A stretch of DNA of 64,000 nt from an uncultured virus (IMG/VR IMGVR_UViG_3300031650_000001) (lineage: Duplodnaviria > Heunggongvirae > Uroviricota > Caudoviricetes). The stretch is from the IMG/VR virus record IMGVR_UViG_3300031650_000001; one strand, written 5' to 3'. The notes under the pieces are model-generated. The model saw only the letters and a program-made list of their open reading frames with translations, was not told where the DNA came from and did no database searches. Shown here piece by piece: positions 28,495 through 37,028 of the stretch. The position numbers and the translations under genes are program-made. Within the stretch, counting starts at the first letter, position 1; the number at the start of each line of letters is the position of its first letter.

Positions 28495-29040
28495 GTCGCA
28501 TTGGTGTGACCGGATGCGTCGGGGTTGGGGTCGTCATGTTGGCCTGACGTGTGAGGCGGGGGTTAGGCACGTCATGCTGGCTAGAGCTGGCCTGGGAGGG
28601 TTTGTCGCGCAGGGCGGGAATGATAGGTCATGAGAAGCAGCGGCTCGGCGTGTCGCATTGAATGGGGCTGGCACGATCCGGTTGGTCGCTTTGGTTCGGG
28701 ACAGGTAGACAGGAAATGGCTTGAGTTGTCGCACCGGTCCGGGTTGGATTGTGAGGAAGTGACAAGGGCAGTCTCGGTGGCTGGGGTCGGCTGGTCCCGG
28801 GGCGGGGGGTCATGTTGGAATGACGAGATACGGGTTGTTTGGGATAGTCGCGCCGGGCAGGGTTGGCATGTGAGGATAGGATTCGTCGCGTCGGATGGAT
28901 GGGGTACGAGCTGGTCAAGCTGGTCAAGCTGGGCTGGATCGATGTGGATTTGGCACGTCGCGTTGGCACGAATAGACCGGGCGGGACCTGGGTCGTCGTA
29001 TTGGTTTGGTTGGGCCAGGTGCGCGGCGGCACGATCTATC
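28495..29040. repeat. Non-coding pentamer-periodic array of 14 units (candidate guide-RNA array)
   Basis: On the + strand GTC-led octamers start at 28495, 28533, 28571, 28604, 28652, 28685, 28728, 28771, 28809, 28847, 28885, 28923, 28957 and 28995, each followed by 5-8 G-R-N-N-N pentamers. Spacings are 38,38,33,48,33,43,43,38,38,38,38,34,38,43. Confidence 0.9.
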
Positions 29041-29719
29041 ACCCAGCCTTGGCAAGTTTCTTCGGTTTAGCCTGAACCCGTTCAAAGCCGACCACATCGA
29101 ACTTACCGCGACCCTGGCTGCGGTCAGACCCAAGCCCGTTCTCCTGCGCCAGTGTTAGCATCTTGACGATCTCAGCCTCGCCAACGTGGCGCTTCTCTTG
29201 TGCTGATGTTGTCAACACCCAGACCTGAAACACGATGTCGATACCAGCAACATAGTCGACGCGCTTGATTGCAGACCGCGGCCCCTGCGCCGTCGTCACG
29301 TGGATCGCTTGCTCGTCGAATCCGTCGGGCTCCCGCTTATCGAGGTAGATGCGCTGGCCGCCATCATGCGCCTTGATCTCAAAACCATGTTGCAGGATCT
29401 GCTTGCTTCCGATCTTCTGCGTCGTGATCCGTAGCAGGCTCGCGCACTCCTTGAACATGGCCTTGACCTGCCTGGACTCGATGAACAAGCCCTTCTCGGC
29501 ATCGCGAAAGAAGCCGTTCCATGACTTCTCGGCGACATCGTCGAGCATTGCCGCCATGGCTGCCTCGGTCAGCTCCTCGGACTTCTCATCCTTGTGCTTC
29601 GTGCCGGCCTCGACCCAGGAGCGGATCAGGTCCTTGTTCTTTGGAATTCCGCCGCAGAGTTTGTCACGAATGCGGAGGGTCACTTCGTACACATCATAAA
29701 GGTCGATTGCTTCGAACAT
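29039..29719 (-). CDS. Solitary Cas7/RAMP-superfamily-like protein
   Basis: 226 aa. N-terminal strand YEVTLRIRDKLCGGIP; GLFIESRQVKAMFKE (like the RAMP 'P.IPGSSLKG..R' segment); RVDYV strand; C-terminal G-rich loop GLGSDRSQGRGKFDV. Confidence 0.8.
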   Translation of the reverse strand: MFEAIDLYDVYEVTLRIRDKLCGGIPKNKDLIRSWVEAGTKHKDEKSEELTEAAMAAMLDDVAEKSWNGFFRDAEKGLFIESRQVKAMFKECASLLRITTQKIGSKQILQHGFEIKAHDGGQRIYLDKREPDGFDEQAIHVTTAQGPRSAIKRVDYVAGIDIVFQVWVLTTSAQEKRHVGEAEIVKMLTLAQENGLGSDRSQGRGKFDVVGFERVQAKPKKLAKAG

Positions 29720-30456
29720 CACTTCTCTCCTCTTGGGTTGTCTTCGCGGTACTTGTCGGCCGCATCGTCTGTTTCTTCCTCCACCCGCTCCAACTTCTCG
29801 GCGATGGTGGGCTCTTCCGTGACCCGGCACCCGATCGGGCGCAGTCGCATCGTCGCGGTCCAGCGCTTCACGTTGTCGCCCTGGTCGGGTTCCGTGCTGA
29901 CGGTGATGAGCTTCCGGGCAGCGTCGATCGGTGACTCGCGCGGGGCGTCTGTTGGCCAGGCGTCGATTTCGTCGGCGAGTAGCAACAACTTGTCGCGCGC
30001 CTCGACTCGCGTCATGCCGAGGTCCAGCAGTGTCACGCCCTTGAGCAGATGCATCCTGGTGCCCGCCTCCCGTGCGGCCCTTGCAGCCATCGCCTGATAG
30101 GTGCCAGCGCCGAAAGCTTCATCCGCGTCAACCTCTTCACGGCTCCCGTCCTTGTGGATGATCGTCACCATGCACGGCGGCTCCGGTTCCCTCGGCGGCT
30201 CCGGCGGCCTCACCCCTGCCCGTTCGATGGCGTCGATCCGTTCCTGCTGCTCCCGGGTCAGCATGCGCGGTGCCAACTCCTGCAGGACGCGGATCAGTTC
30301 CTCGACCTCCTCGCGGTTGTCCAGGACCAGGGCGGGCCCATCGTCGTCGCGGTCGGTGCCGATGCCGAGCCAGGTGCCGCGGTAGCAGACCTCAACTGGC
30401 ATGCCCCAATCGGTCGCGGTCTCGATGTCTCGCCAGTCGTGCGCGGTGCGGGTCAT
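29719..30456 (-). CDS. Hypothetical mosaic protein containing a TerL-like DEIDAWP motif
   Basis: TGATG-coupled to the RAMP-like gene; contains KLLLLADEIDAWP. Confidence 0.6.
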   Translation of the reverse strand: MTRTAHDWRDIETATDWGMPVEVCYRGTWLGIGTDRDDDGPALVLDNREEVEELIRVLQELAPRMLTREQQERIDAIERAGVRPPEPPREPEPPCMVTIIHKDGSREEVDADEAFGAGTYQAMAARAAREAGTRMHLLKGVTLLDLGMTRVEARDKLLLLADEIDAWPTDAPRESPIDAARKLITVSTEPDQGDNVKRWTATMRLRPIGCRVTEEPTIAEKLERVEEETDDAADKYREDNPRGEK

Positions 30457-30773
30457 GAGTCTCCGTCCCCTTTCTTGGTCGCTGGCCAGGCGTCGATCTC
30501 GTCAAAAAACATCGGCTCGCCGGTGAGCTTGACCTTCTCGAAAGTCCGGCCGCCTTCGATGGGCATCAGAAAACCGGGGCCCGACCACGCCAACGGCTTC
30601 CTCTCCTCCCACTCATCGCAGCAGTGGCCGACGCTGGTCAGAACTACACCGCCGTCGATGGCGCGCTGCCGTTCGCTGAGTAGGGTGCAGATGTTCTTGC
30701 AGTGCGGCGTGATGCTGTCCCACGGGTGGAGGTCCCAATGCCGACAGGTTGAGCAGCGGCGGGCGATCATCAC
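30453..30773 (-). CDS. Small Cys-containing protein ending in FDEIDAWP
   Basis: CSTCRHW...CCDEW; coupled by 4-bp overlaps. Confidence 0.55.
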   Translation of the reverse strand: MMIARRCSTCRHWDLHPWDSITPHCKNICTLLSERQRAIDGGVVLTSVGHCCDEWEERKPLAWSGPGFLMPIEGGRTFEKVKLTGEPMFFDEIDAWPATKKGDGDS

Positions 30774-31020
30774 ATTGCCCTCCGTCTATAAATCTCCGAC
30801 CTCAGCACGGCGCGGCGGAACTCGGGCGGGTTCAGCCTGGCAGCGATACTGACGAATGATTGCGTGCACGGGAATGCTGCTGCCATGAGTCGGACGAAAT
30901 CCCGCATCCCCGCGATCCCGTTGACAACGATCGGAGCGGGGCAGATGCGATCTTTGCGTTCGAGAGTCCAACGCAGATCACCAATCGGATCTGCGGTCGC
31001 TCCGTCACTGTCCCAAACGG

Positions 31021-31422
31021 TCATGAGAACGATCCCTCCACCAGATCCCAAGTCCCCTCACCGTGCGCCGCGCAACTCCTGCCGACCCGGTGGCGCAGTA
31101 GGTTGTTGGGGCCCGGCTCCGCGTACTCCCGCTCGTGCCACGTGCAGGAGTCGAATGCTGGACCGCCTTCTAGATGACGGTCCGTGATGATCTTCAGCAT
31201 CGCTTCCGGCGTCTGTTCGCGACCGTATTCGTCATCGATGTGTCCACCCTCCGCCCACTTGCGTTTCCAGTCGTCCAGCGATTGGATCTCGTCGGTGACA
31301 TGCAACGTGAAGCACCAGCCGGCGCTGCTCTTGCCGATGTGGATTCGTTCGCCCTTGTCGCAACGGCCGCAGTGTGGGCAGTGATTCGTGTCGGGTGCGT
31401 GGTAGTAGTAGTTCGTTCCCAT
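31021..31422 (-). CDS. Phage hypothetical protein
   Basis: MGTNYY...CPHCG...HIGKSSAGWCF motif, recurrent in phage early regions. Confidence 0.65.
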   Translation of the reverse strand: MGTNYYYHAPDTNHCPHCGRCDKGERIHIGKSSAGWCFTLHVTDEIQSLDDWKRKWAEGGHIDDEYGREQTPEAMLKIITDRHLEGGPAFDSCTWHEREYAEPGPNNLLRHRVGRSCAAHGEGTWDLVEGSFS

Positions 31423-32784
31423 CAGCGTCCCTGCTCCTGTTCGAGTTCGCGGATGCGGTACTCGTTGCCCCAATACATACCTTCAAGATCCGCCATGACG
31501 CGCTCGTATGCCTCGCTGGTTCCATACATCCACACGGTCAATTCCGTCCGATACTGTTGGAAAATGCACCAGTCACGAAAGAGCAGGCGTTCTGATAGGC
31601 GCGTCACGGCTCCCCCGCATCCAGCCCGAGCCGCTCCTCGATTGCTCGCAGGCGACGGTCGAACCACACCAGTGCGATCTCGGTGGCTATCCAGGGTGCG
31701 CCGCGGGCCCAATGAAGTCCCGGTGGTAGAGGCAGCGTGTCGTCGGTTTGCCGAATCTTGCACCGCGCCTTTTCACTGACGCCACGCAGCCAAACCCTCG
31801 GATCGTGGTTGCTCACGTTCCCCGCCTCCCTCGCACGTCCAGCACGATCAACACGGTCATGCCGACGGCGCCGAGAATCCAGATTACTAGTTGGGGAAGA
31901 GTCATGCTCCCCACGCTTCCTTGAACCGGCGCCAGTTCCGCAAAGCCTCGTCGAGAGCACCGCGAAGTCCGTCATAGGTCACAGCGGCGCCCTCTGCCTT
32001 TCCGATCATGCCATCACTCTCGATCGTGGCGGAGCAGTAACCGTTTGCCTTACTGTGCACCGTAACGAAGACATCTCGCTCCTCGTCGAAAATGCCCCAG
32101 GTCCTACCAACGCGCGCTCCGCTGGCGTCGGTTTGAATGGTCTCAGTTTCGAGGGTCCTCCCATTCCAGTCGATGAAGTCGCGTTCCAGGATGTTGTCTG
32201 ATTCGTCAGTCATGACTTCGGCTCCTCTTTCCTTCGCCGGTCCAACGCGGCGAGCCCGCTTCGGATCTCGCGTTCAAGACTCACGCCCGGAGCCTGACGC
32301 AGCATCGCCTCCAACTCCTCCCGCTTCAGCCGAACCAGGGTCCCGTTGACGAACCGGTCCGCATTCTGGAATGCCTCTTCCCAGGTGTCGCCGGTGCCTA
32401 TCGATGAGCCGCAACGGCCGAAACCCCCACCCGTATCAAACCACCGACACACGGCAAACCGCTGCCGCAGGTCCGGCGCGTCTGGTGGCCAGGTCATCGC
32501 CGTATCTGTCTCCTTGTCGGTGACGTAGGCGCGCGGCCCGTAGAGTTCCTGTGCCCGCTTCAGTGCTTCCGCTTCGGTCATGGTTTTACCTACGCCTTCG
32601 CGATCCAGTCGCCTTGCACCATCTGGCTTGCTTGATGCGTCGCCACCCGCAGCACGAGTTCGGCGTATTCCGCTTCGGCTTTCGCGGCCCGCACCTTGTG
32701 CCGTTGCTCTTCGAGTTGCAGGTCCCGGAGTTGTTCCGCGAACTCCAACGCCTCGGATTCTAGTCGATCCATGAGCCCCATCAC
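31422..32784 (-). other. Run of small translationally coupled hypothetical ORFs
   Basis: Includes 31902-32213, 32210-32581 and 32590-32784, with RBS and start/stop overlaps. Confidence 0.55.
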
Positions 32785-32815
32785 TTCACCTCGCCTTCCT
32801 TCCTCACCGCTTCAG

Positions 32816-33319
32816 TCACGCTCGCACCTCGACATACACGAACCCCTCGCCTCGTTTCGCCGGCTCCCACCACGTCCACAAGTCGCAGTGCTTCAGGTCG
32901 TCGTCGACCAGCAACCCGAGACCGCCATGCCCCGGCGTCAGGACGTCCACCGGCATCTTCGCCCAGTCCGCGCAGGGGTCAGGAGCACGAGTCGAGAACC
33001 GCACGCAGTGGACCTGCGGGCGGCCCGGCAACGGATGTGCGATCCGCTGCAGTCCCTGCCGCATTGCCTGCTCCTGCATCGTCTTCCGGATCCGGGACTT
33101 GTCGCGAGCGTGCTGCCAGCGTTGTGCGTCCCGGACCCGGTTGATCGACTTGCACCATTCCAACGGGAGCACGAACCGCGCCACACACTGACCCCGCGGC
33201 TCGACCCGGCGCGAATACGGACTCGCAGGCGGACGACTCAAGATGTCATCAGCGCGGGCCAGGCAGTCGTGCCAGGAGGGTACCAACGGGGTCGGGGTGA
33301 TGTGGCGGGCAGGTCTCAC
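32816..33319 (-). CDS. RusA-like Holliday junction resolvase
   Basis: RAPDPCADWAKMPVDVL...GLLVDDD acidic pattern; C-terminal beta strand. Confidence 0.55.
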   Translation of the reverse strand: MRPARHITPTPLVPSWHDCLARADDILSRPPASPYSRRVEPRGQCVARFVLPLEWCKSINRVRDAQRWQHARDKSRIRKTMQEQAMRQGLQRIAHPLPGRPQVHCVRFSTRAPDPCADWAKMPVDVLTPGHGGLGLLVDDDLKHCDLWTWWEPAKRGEGFVYVEVRA

Positions 33320-33783
33320 GTGATGGCTTCCTCGATGGTGTCGGCGTCGTTGTCCGCCGCGGCTTCGAGTTCAAGCCGCTCCTGTGCTTCCTCACGTTCG
33401 GCTATGGTCATCGCCCGCTTGTCCAACACCTCACCGGTGTCGCGTCGGCTGATTGTGACCGTGTAGTCCCGGAAGTCGAAAACCGCGTCACAGGGTACGT
33501 CGCGATATTCCGCCTTGTCGCGGACGTGCCCCATCATTGCGCGGTGTTCCGCTTCCAAAGCATCGATGTCCGCCTTTGCCTGCTTCTTGGCGTTGTCGAT
33601 GCTGGCCTGTTTCGCATCGATCTCCAGGATGATGTGAGAGGCGCGATCCGCTCGTTCCAAGACCTCCGCATCAGTCAGGGTACAACGCACGTTGCGCGTC
33701 GTCTGGACCGTTTTGGTGTGGGTGTCATCGCCGTTGGTCTTCTTGCTCGGCTTCGGTTTTCGTTCTCGTGGTGCCATTCTCAT
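33316..33783 (-). CDS. Hypothetical coiled-coil protein
   Basis: GAGGGAG RBS; LTDAEVLERA...RRDTGEVLDKRAMT. Confidence 0.6.
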   Translation of the reverse strand: MRMAPRERKPKPSKKTNGDDTHTKTVQTTRNVRCTLTDAEVLERADRASHIILEIDAKQASIDNAKKQAKADIDALEAEHRAMMGHVRDKAEYRDVPCDAVFDFRDYTVTISRRDTGEVLDKRAMTIAEREEAQERLELEAAADNDADTIEEAIT

Positions 33784-33790
33784 CTCCCTC

Positions 33791-34087
33791 TCAACTACGT
33801 TGCGGATCTCGTGGTCGCGTTGCCGCTGGCTTCGGTCCACCCGCTGGGCGCGCCGCCAACTTGACGCCACCGCTCACGGTTGCGAGTTGCTCTTCATCGA
33901 ACGTGACCGTCTCCTTGACCGTTCCGTCCTTGTTCAGCGCTTGCGGTTGAACAGTGTAGCGAATGCAGCCACTCTGCCACTCGGTCCGCGCAATCACAAT
34001 TCCGGTGAACCCCGTGATCTTGTCCTTGACCTTCGCACCCATTGCGATCGCGAAGGGTCCCGTTTGCTTTCTAGTTGCCATTCTCAT
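33791..34087 (-). CDS. Small phage protein (SH3-like beta barrel)
   Basis: GAKVKDKITGFTGIVIARTEWQSGCIRYTVQP. Confidence 0.65.
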   Translation of the reverse strand: MRMATRKQTGPFAIAMGAKVKDKITGFTGIVIARTEWQSGCIRYTVQPQALNKDGTVKETVTFDEEQLATVSGGVKLAARPAGGPKPAATRPRDPQRS

Positions 34088-34128
34088 CTCCTTGTTTCAG
34101 TCCTCGCCCGCGTGATGGGGAGGGGTTG

Positions 34129-34620
34129 TCAATTGTCGTCCCTGTTCTCCGTCTCGATCGAGGCTTCCAGGTACGCACGCAGCATCGGTGCGCTCGGACC
34201 ATTTGCGATCTTGGCCAGCGCGATGTTCTGCACTTGGCGGCACCGCTCCCTCGTGAAGTTCATCAACTCGCCGCACCGCTCCAACGTCTCGCCACCGCGA
34301 TCGGCAACGTCCAGAGCGCAGGTCTCCGGGATCTCCCACGACTCCAGATCGGGGAAGTTGATGAGTAGGTTCCCGGTGCGCGTGACGTCAACCGCGAGGT
34401 GGTGGGGACAGCCAGCGTACGGGCACGGGCGCGGACCATACAGGCAGTCGCCGCGCGTCTTCGGCCGCCAGTAGTCCTCAATTTCGTCACGGATCTGACG
34501 CGCCGCTTTCTTGCCGTTGCGTTGCTGCACAACCTTACCGCGGACCCGATGCTTGCGCCGACCGCGATGCCTCTCGCGTTCGCGTTCATGCTGACGGGCG
34601 GCGGGGGAGACGGCGGTCAC
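34129..34620 (-). CDS. Sigma-70 region-4 HTH DNA-binding protein
   Basis: RPKTRGDC...PCP...C.HHL...CALDVADRGGETLERCGELMNFTRERCRQVQNIALAKI. Confidence 0.8.
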   Translation of the reverse strand: MTAVSPAARQHERERERHRGRRKHRVRGKVVQQRNGKKAARQIRDEIEDYWRPKTRGDCLYGPRPCPYAGCPHHLAVDVTRTGNLLINFPDLESWEIPETCALDVADRGGETLERCGELMNFTRERCRQVQNIALAKIANGPSAPMLRAYLEASIETENRDDN

Positions 34621-35741
34621 TTGCCACCCCCGAACAGCGCCAACTGTTTCCGCACCGGTTCCGCTTCGGGTTCCGGCTTGCGTTCCGGCTTGGCGTAGTG
34701 CCCGCCGACGTGATGGAAGATGCGGGCCCGCGCAATCTCGCAATGGTGCTCTTCCAAGTCGAAACCAATGGCGCGAAACCCCTCCAGGTTGGCTGCCAGG
34801 ATCGTGGTGCCGCTGCCAGCGAACGGGTCGAGGCAGAGGCCGCCGGGTGGCGTGACCAGGCGGCAGAGGTGGCGCATTAACTGGATCGGTTTGACCGTGG
34901 CGTGAGTATTGCGACCGCCGCTCGTGCGACCCGCTCCGGCCCTGGGATTGTCGAGGCCGGCGCTGCCTTCCTTGCGGCCTCCGGTGATCTCGCCAGCGGT
35001 TGCGGCGGGTAGGTCCTCGCAGCCAGCGTCACGCTCAGCGCGGCTCGGTTTCGGCACGTACAAGAGCGGGAACCAGTCGGCTTCATCCCACTCAAAGGTG
35101 GGAAAGAATCTGCTACAACCCCCCGTGTCCCCTCGCGCCGTGTGCTCGCAGTCGATGGCGCCGAACATCCCGCCGCCGTAGTCGTCGCGGTGCAGGCCGC
35201 CGCCACTCATACCGGGACGGTCCCCGCTTTGCTCATCTAGGCGGCGTACTGGGCAGGATGGGTGGCATTGGTAGGTTGGTATGGGCATCTGGTCAAAAAC
35301 GATTTCGTTTCGCTCCTCGTCATATCTGGGCACCGGGTCCGACGTTTCCCCGACCCGGACACAACGCGCGTCGTGCGAGAGCAACAAATTCGGAGGGAAC
35401 CTGCCCGCGGGTTGCACAAACTCACCACCTCCGCCGGGTTTTTTGCCAGCAAAAAAGCGGTCCTCTGTCCTTGTGGTGTTTCCGTATGAACCACCGTTTA
35501 GGTCATCTTCCGTCCACACCCGGCATCCGTCGATGTTGAGCGCGCCCGTCGAGTACTCGCACACGTTGGCGGCCACGGTTCCGGAGAGTGGCTTGCGGGC
35601 AATGCAAATCGGCTCATGGCTGGGCTTAAGCGCAACGTCAAACCCTTCCCATCGCTTCAGTTCTGGTGGCAGCGAGAACGACCCGTCTTCGTTTCGCGTC
35701 ACGATGTAGTCGAACCCGTAGAGCGTCACGGTGTATTGCAT
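34617..35741 (-). CDS. DNA amino-methyltransferase, C-terminal (SAM-binding) part
   Basis: LKPSHEPICIARKP, GRFPPN, HATVKPIQLMRHL, LDPFAGSGTT; own GGAGG RBS and ATG. Confidence 0.85.
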   Translation of the reverse strand: MQYTVTLYGFDYIVTRNEDGSFSLPPELKRWEGFDVALKPSHEPICIARKPLSGTVAANVCEYSTGALNIDGCRVWTEDDLNGGSYGNTTRTEDRFFAGKKPGGGGEFVQPAGRFPPNLLLSHDARCVRVGETSDPVPRYDEERNEIVFDQMPIPTYQCHPSCPVRRLDEQSGDRPGMSGGGLHRDDYGGGMFGAIDCEHTARGDTGGCSRFFPTFEWDEADWFPLLYVPKPSRAERDAGCEDLPAATAGEITGGRKEGSAGLDNPRAGAGRTSGGRNTHATVKPIQLMRHLCRLVTPPGGLCLDPFAGSGTTILAANLEGFRAIGFDLEEHHCEIARARIFHHVGGHYAKPERKPEPEAEPVRKQLALFGGGK

Positions 35742-36367
35742 CGCGCCGCCTCCAGGCAATCGTCGTACAGGCCGCCGCGCAGTTCCTCGTGGATCGTCGC
35801 GTGACACCGCTTGCACACGGCTGCCAGGTTGTCGAACGAGTACAGACAACCGCCATCCGCAACCGGATGCAAGTGATGAACGTCTACCGCCTGCTCCGTT
35901 TCACACAGTTCGCACATGCCACCCACAGACTCCATGTAGGCGTCTCGCACCTTGCGCCAACCGGGTCGCGACCGTTTGGGGTTGTAGCGTCCACCCTCCA
36001 TCCATGTGCCGTCTCCACCAAGCAGGCGTGACGTGTAAACGTTACGGCAAGCACGGGAGCAACATGCTACATGACTGCGCGCCTTGCGCTTGCGGCGCTC
36101 CGACAGATACGACTGGAATTGCTTACCACAAACCGCGCACGTCAACGTAACGTGACGCGATCGCTTGTAGCAATCCCATGAGCAGTACTTTCTTCCGGTG
36201 AACTTGGGGTCACGCGGAAATGTCTCACCGCACCCGGGGCAACGGATAGGGTGATGCGCCCACATGGTTCTGCAGTCGCGTGAGCAGAACAAGCGCTTTG
36301 ACCGGCACAGTGATGGTGCGCGATCGATTGGCTTCAGACACCAAGTGCATACGGGTTTCAGCGCCAT
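35726..36367 (-). CDS. HNH endonuclease with N-terminal Cys-rich repeats
   Basis: Three C-x2-C...(F/Y)CS-x2-C repeats; CELC...VHHLHP...FDNLAAVCKRCHATIH. Confidence 0.9.
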   Translation of the reverse strand: MALKPVCTWCLKPIDRAPSLCRSKRLFCSRDCRTMWAHHPIRCPGCGETFPRDPKFTGRKYCSWDCYKRSRHVTLTCAVCGKQFQSYLSERRKRKARSHVACCSRACRNVYTSRLLGGDGTWMEGGRYNPKRSRPGWRKVRDAYMESVGGMCELCETEQAVDVHHLHPVADGGCLYSFDNLAAVCKRCHATIHEELRGGLYDDCLEAARCNTP

Positions 36368-36795
36368 TTGATCTCACCCTCCACGCCCTGCTCTCTCAAC
36401 TGCCGTTCCGCCTCCGGTTGAATGTGCAGACGCAAAAACGCTGTCCCTTTCGGGAAGCCCTGACCCTGGACCCAGTGGATCGAGTCGCGAATTTCTGCGC
36501 CAGCATCCTCGATCGCGCAGACCATGCGGTGAGACGTGCGAGTGCCACCAAACGCCAGCAAGTGCGCGCCGGGTTTCATAACGCGCAACACTTCACGCCA
36601 AAGCGGGACACTGTAGGCGATCCCGCTGGCATCCCAGCGCCGATTCATGAACGCCAATTCATACGGCGGATCCGTCACCACCGCGTCGACACACGCATCC
36701 GGCAACGTGCGCAGCAACGCGAGCGAGTCACCGCACGAGACGGCCCACCGTTCCCGCCCGTCCAGCACCGCGGCGATTGGGTCGGGAAGGGTCAC
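36358..36795 (-). CDS. DNA amino-methyltransferase, N-terminal (catalytic) part
   Basis: GDSLALL...VDAVVTDPPY...RVMKPGAHLLAFGGTRT...IRDSIHWVQGQGFPK; GTGA overlap start. Confidence 0.85.
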   Translation of the reverse strand: MTLPDPIAAVLDGRERWAVSCGDSLALLRTLPDACVDAVVTDPPYELAFMNRRWDASGIAYSVPLWREVLRVMKPGAHLLAFGGTRTSHRMVCAIEDAGAEIRDSIHWVQGQGFPKGTAFLRLHIQPEAERQLREQGVEGEIKWR

Positions 36796-37028
36796 TCCGG
36801 CGCCTCCGGTATCGTCCCCGCGTGCTGCCACAGTCGCCGGATCTCCACAAGCCGCGCCCGGTACGAGAGCAGCAACTGCGCCGACTCCGGATCCGCTGGC
36901 GCCATGATCGCGAGCGCATCGGCGGCGGCGATCTGGCGGTCGATGTCGGTGCCGATGTCGCGGTCGCGTTTGTGCAGCGCGGCGAGTAGTTCGGCGTAGG
37001 ATTTGGCGGGGGAGGTTGGGTCGGTCAT
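36792..37028 (-). CDS. Hypothetical protein
   Basis: Coupled ORF between the DnaA-C-like and MTase genes. Confidence 0.55.
   Translation of the reverse strand: MTDPTSPAKSYAELLAALHKRDRDIGTDIDRQIAAADALAIMAPADPESAQLLLSYRARLVEIRRLWQHAGTIPEAPE

Noticed and set aside
28495..29040. Reading the array as a canonical CRISPR array
   Set aside because: There are no identical 25-40-nt direct repeats with unique spacers; conservation is limited to a short GTC-led motif and every fifth base
28534..29133. ORF-track proteins overlapping the array (e.g. 28581-29042, 28628-29032, 28630-29070)
   Set aside because: Low-complexity Pro/Gln/Trp/Gly translations in several frames are a by-product of the 5-nt periodic, strand-skewed sequence; a period of 5 does not fit codon structure
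35726..36367. Group I intron or intein interrupting the methyltransferase
   Set aside because: The HNH ORF is out of frame, overlaps both MTase halves, leaves no room for a ribozyme core, and shows no Cys/Ser...His-Asn intein ends
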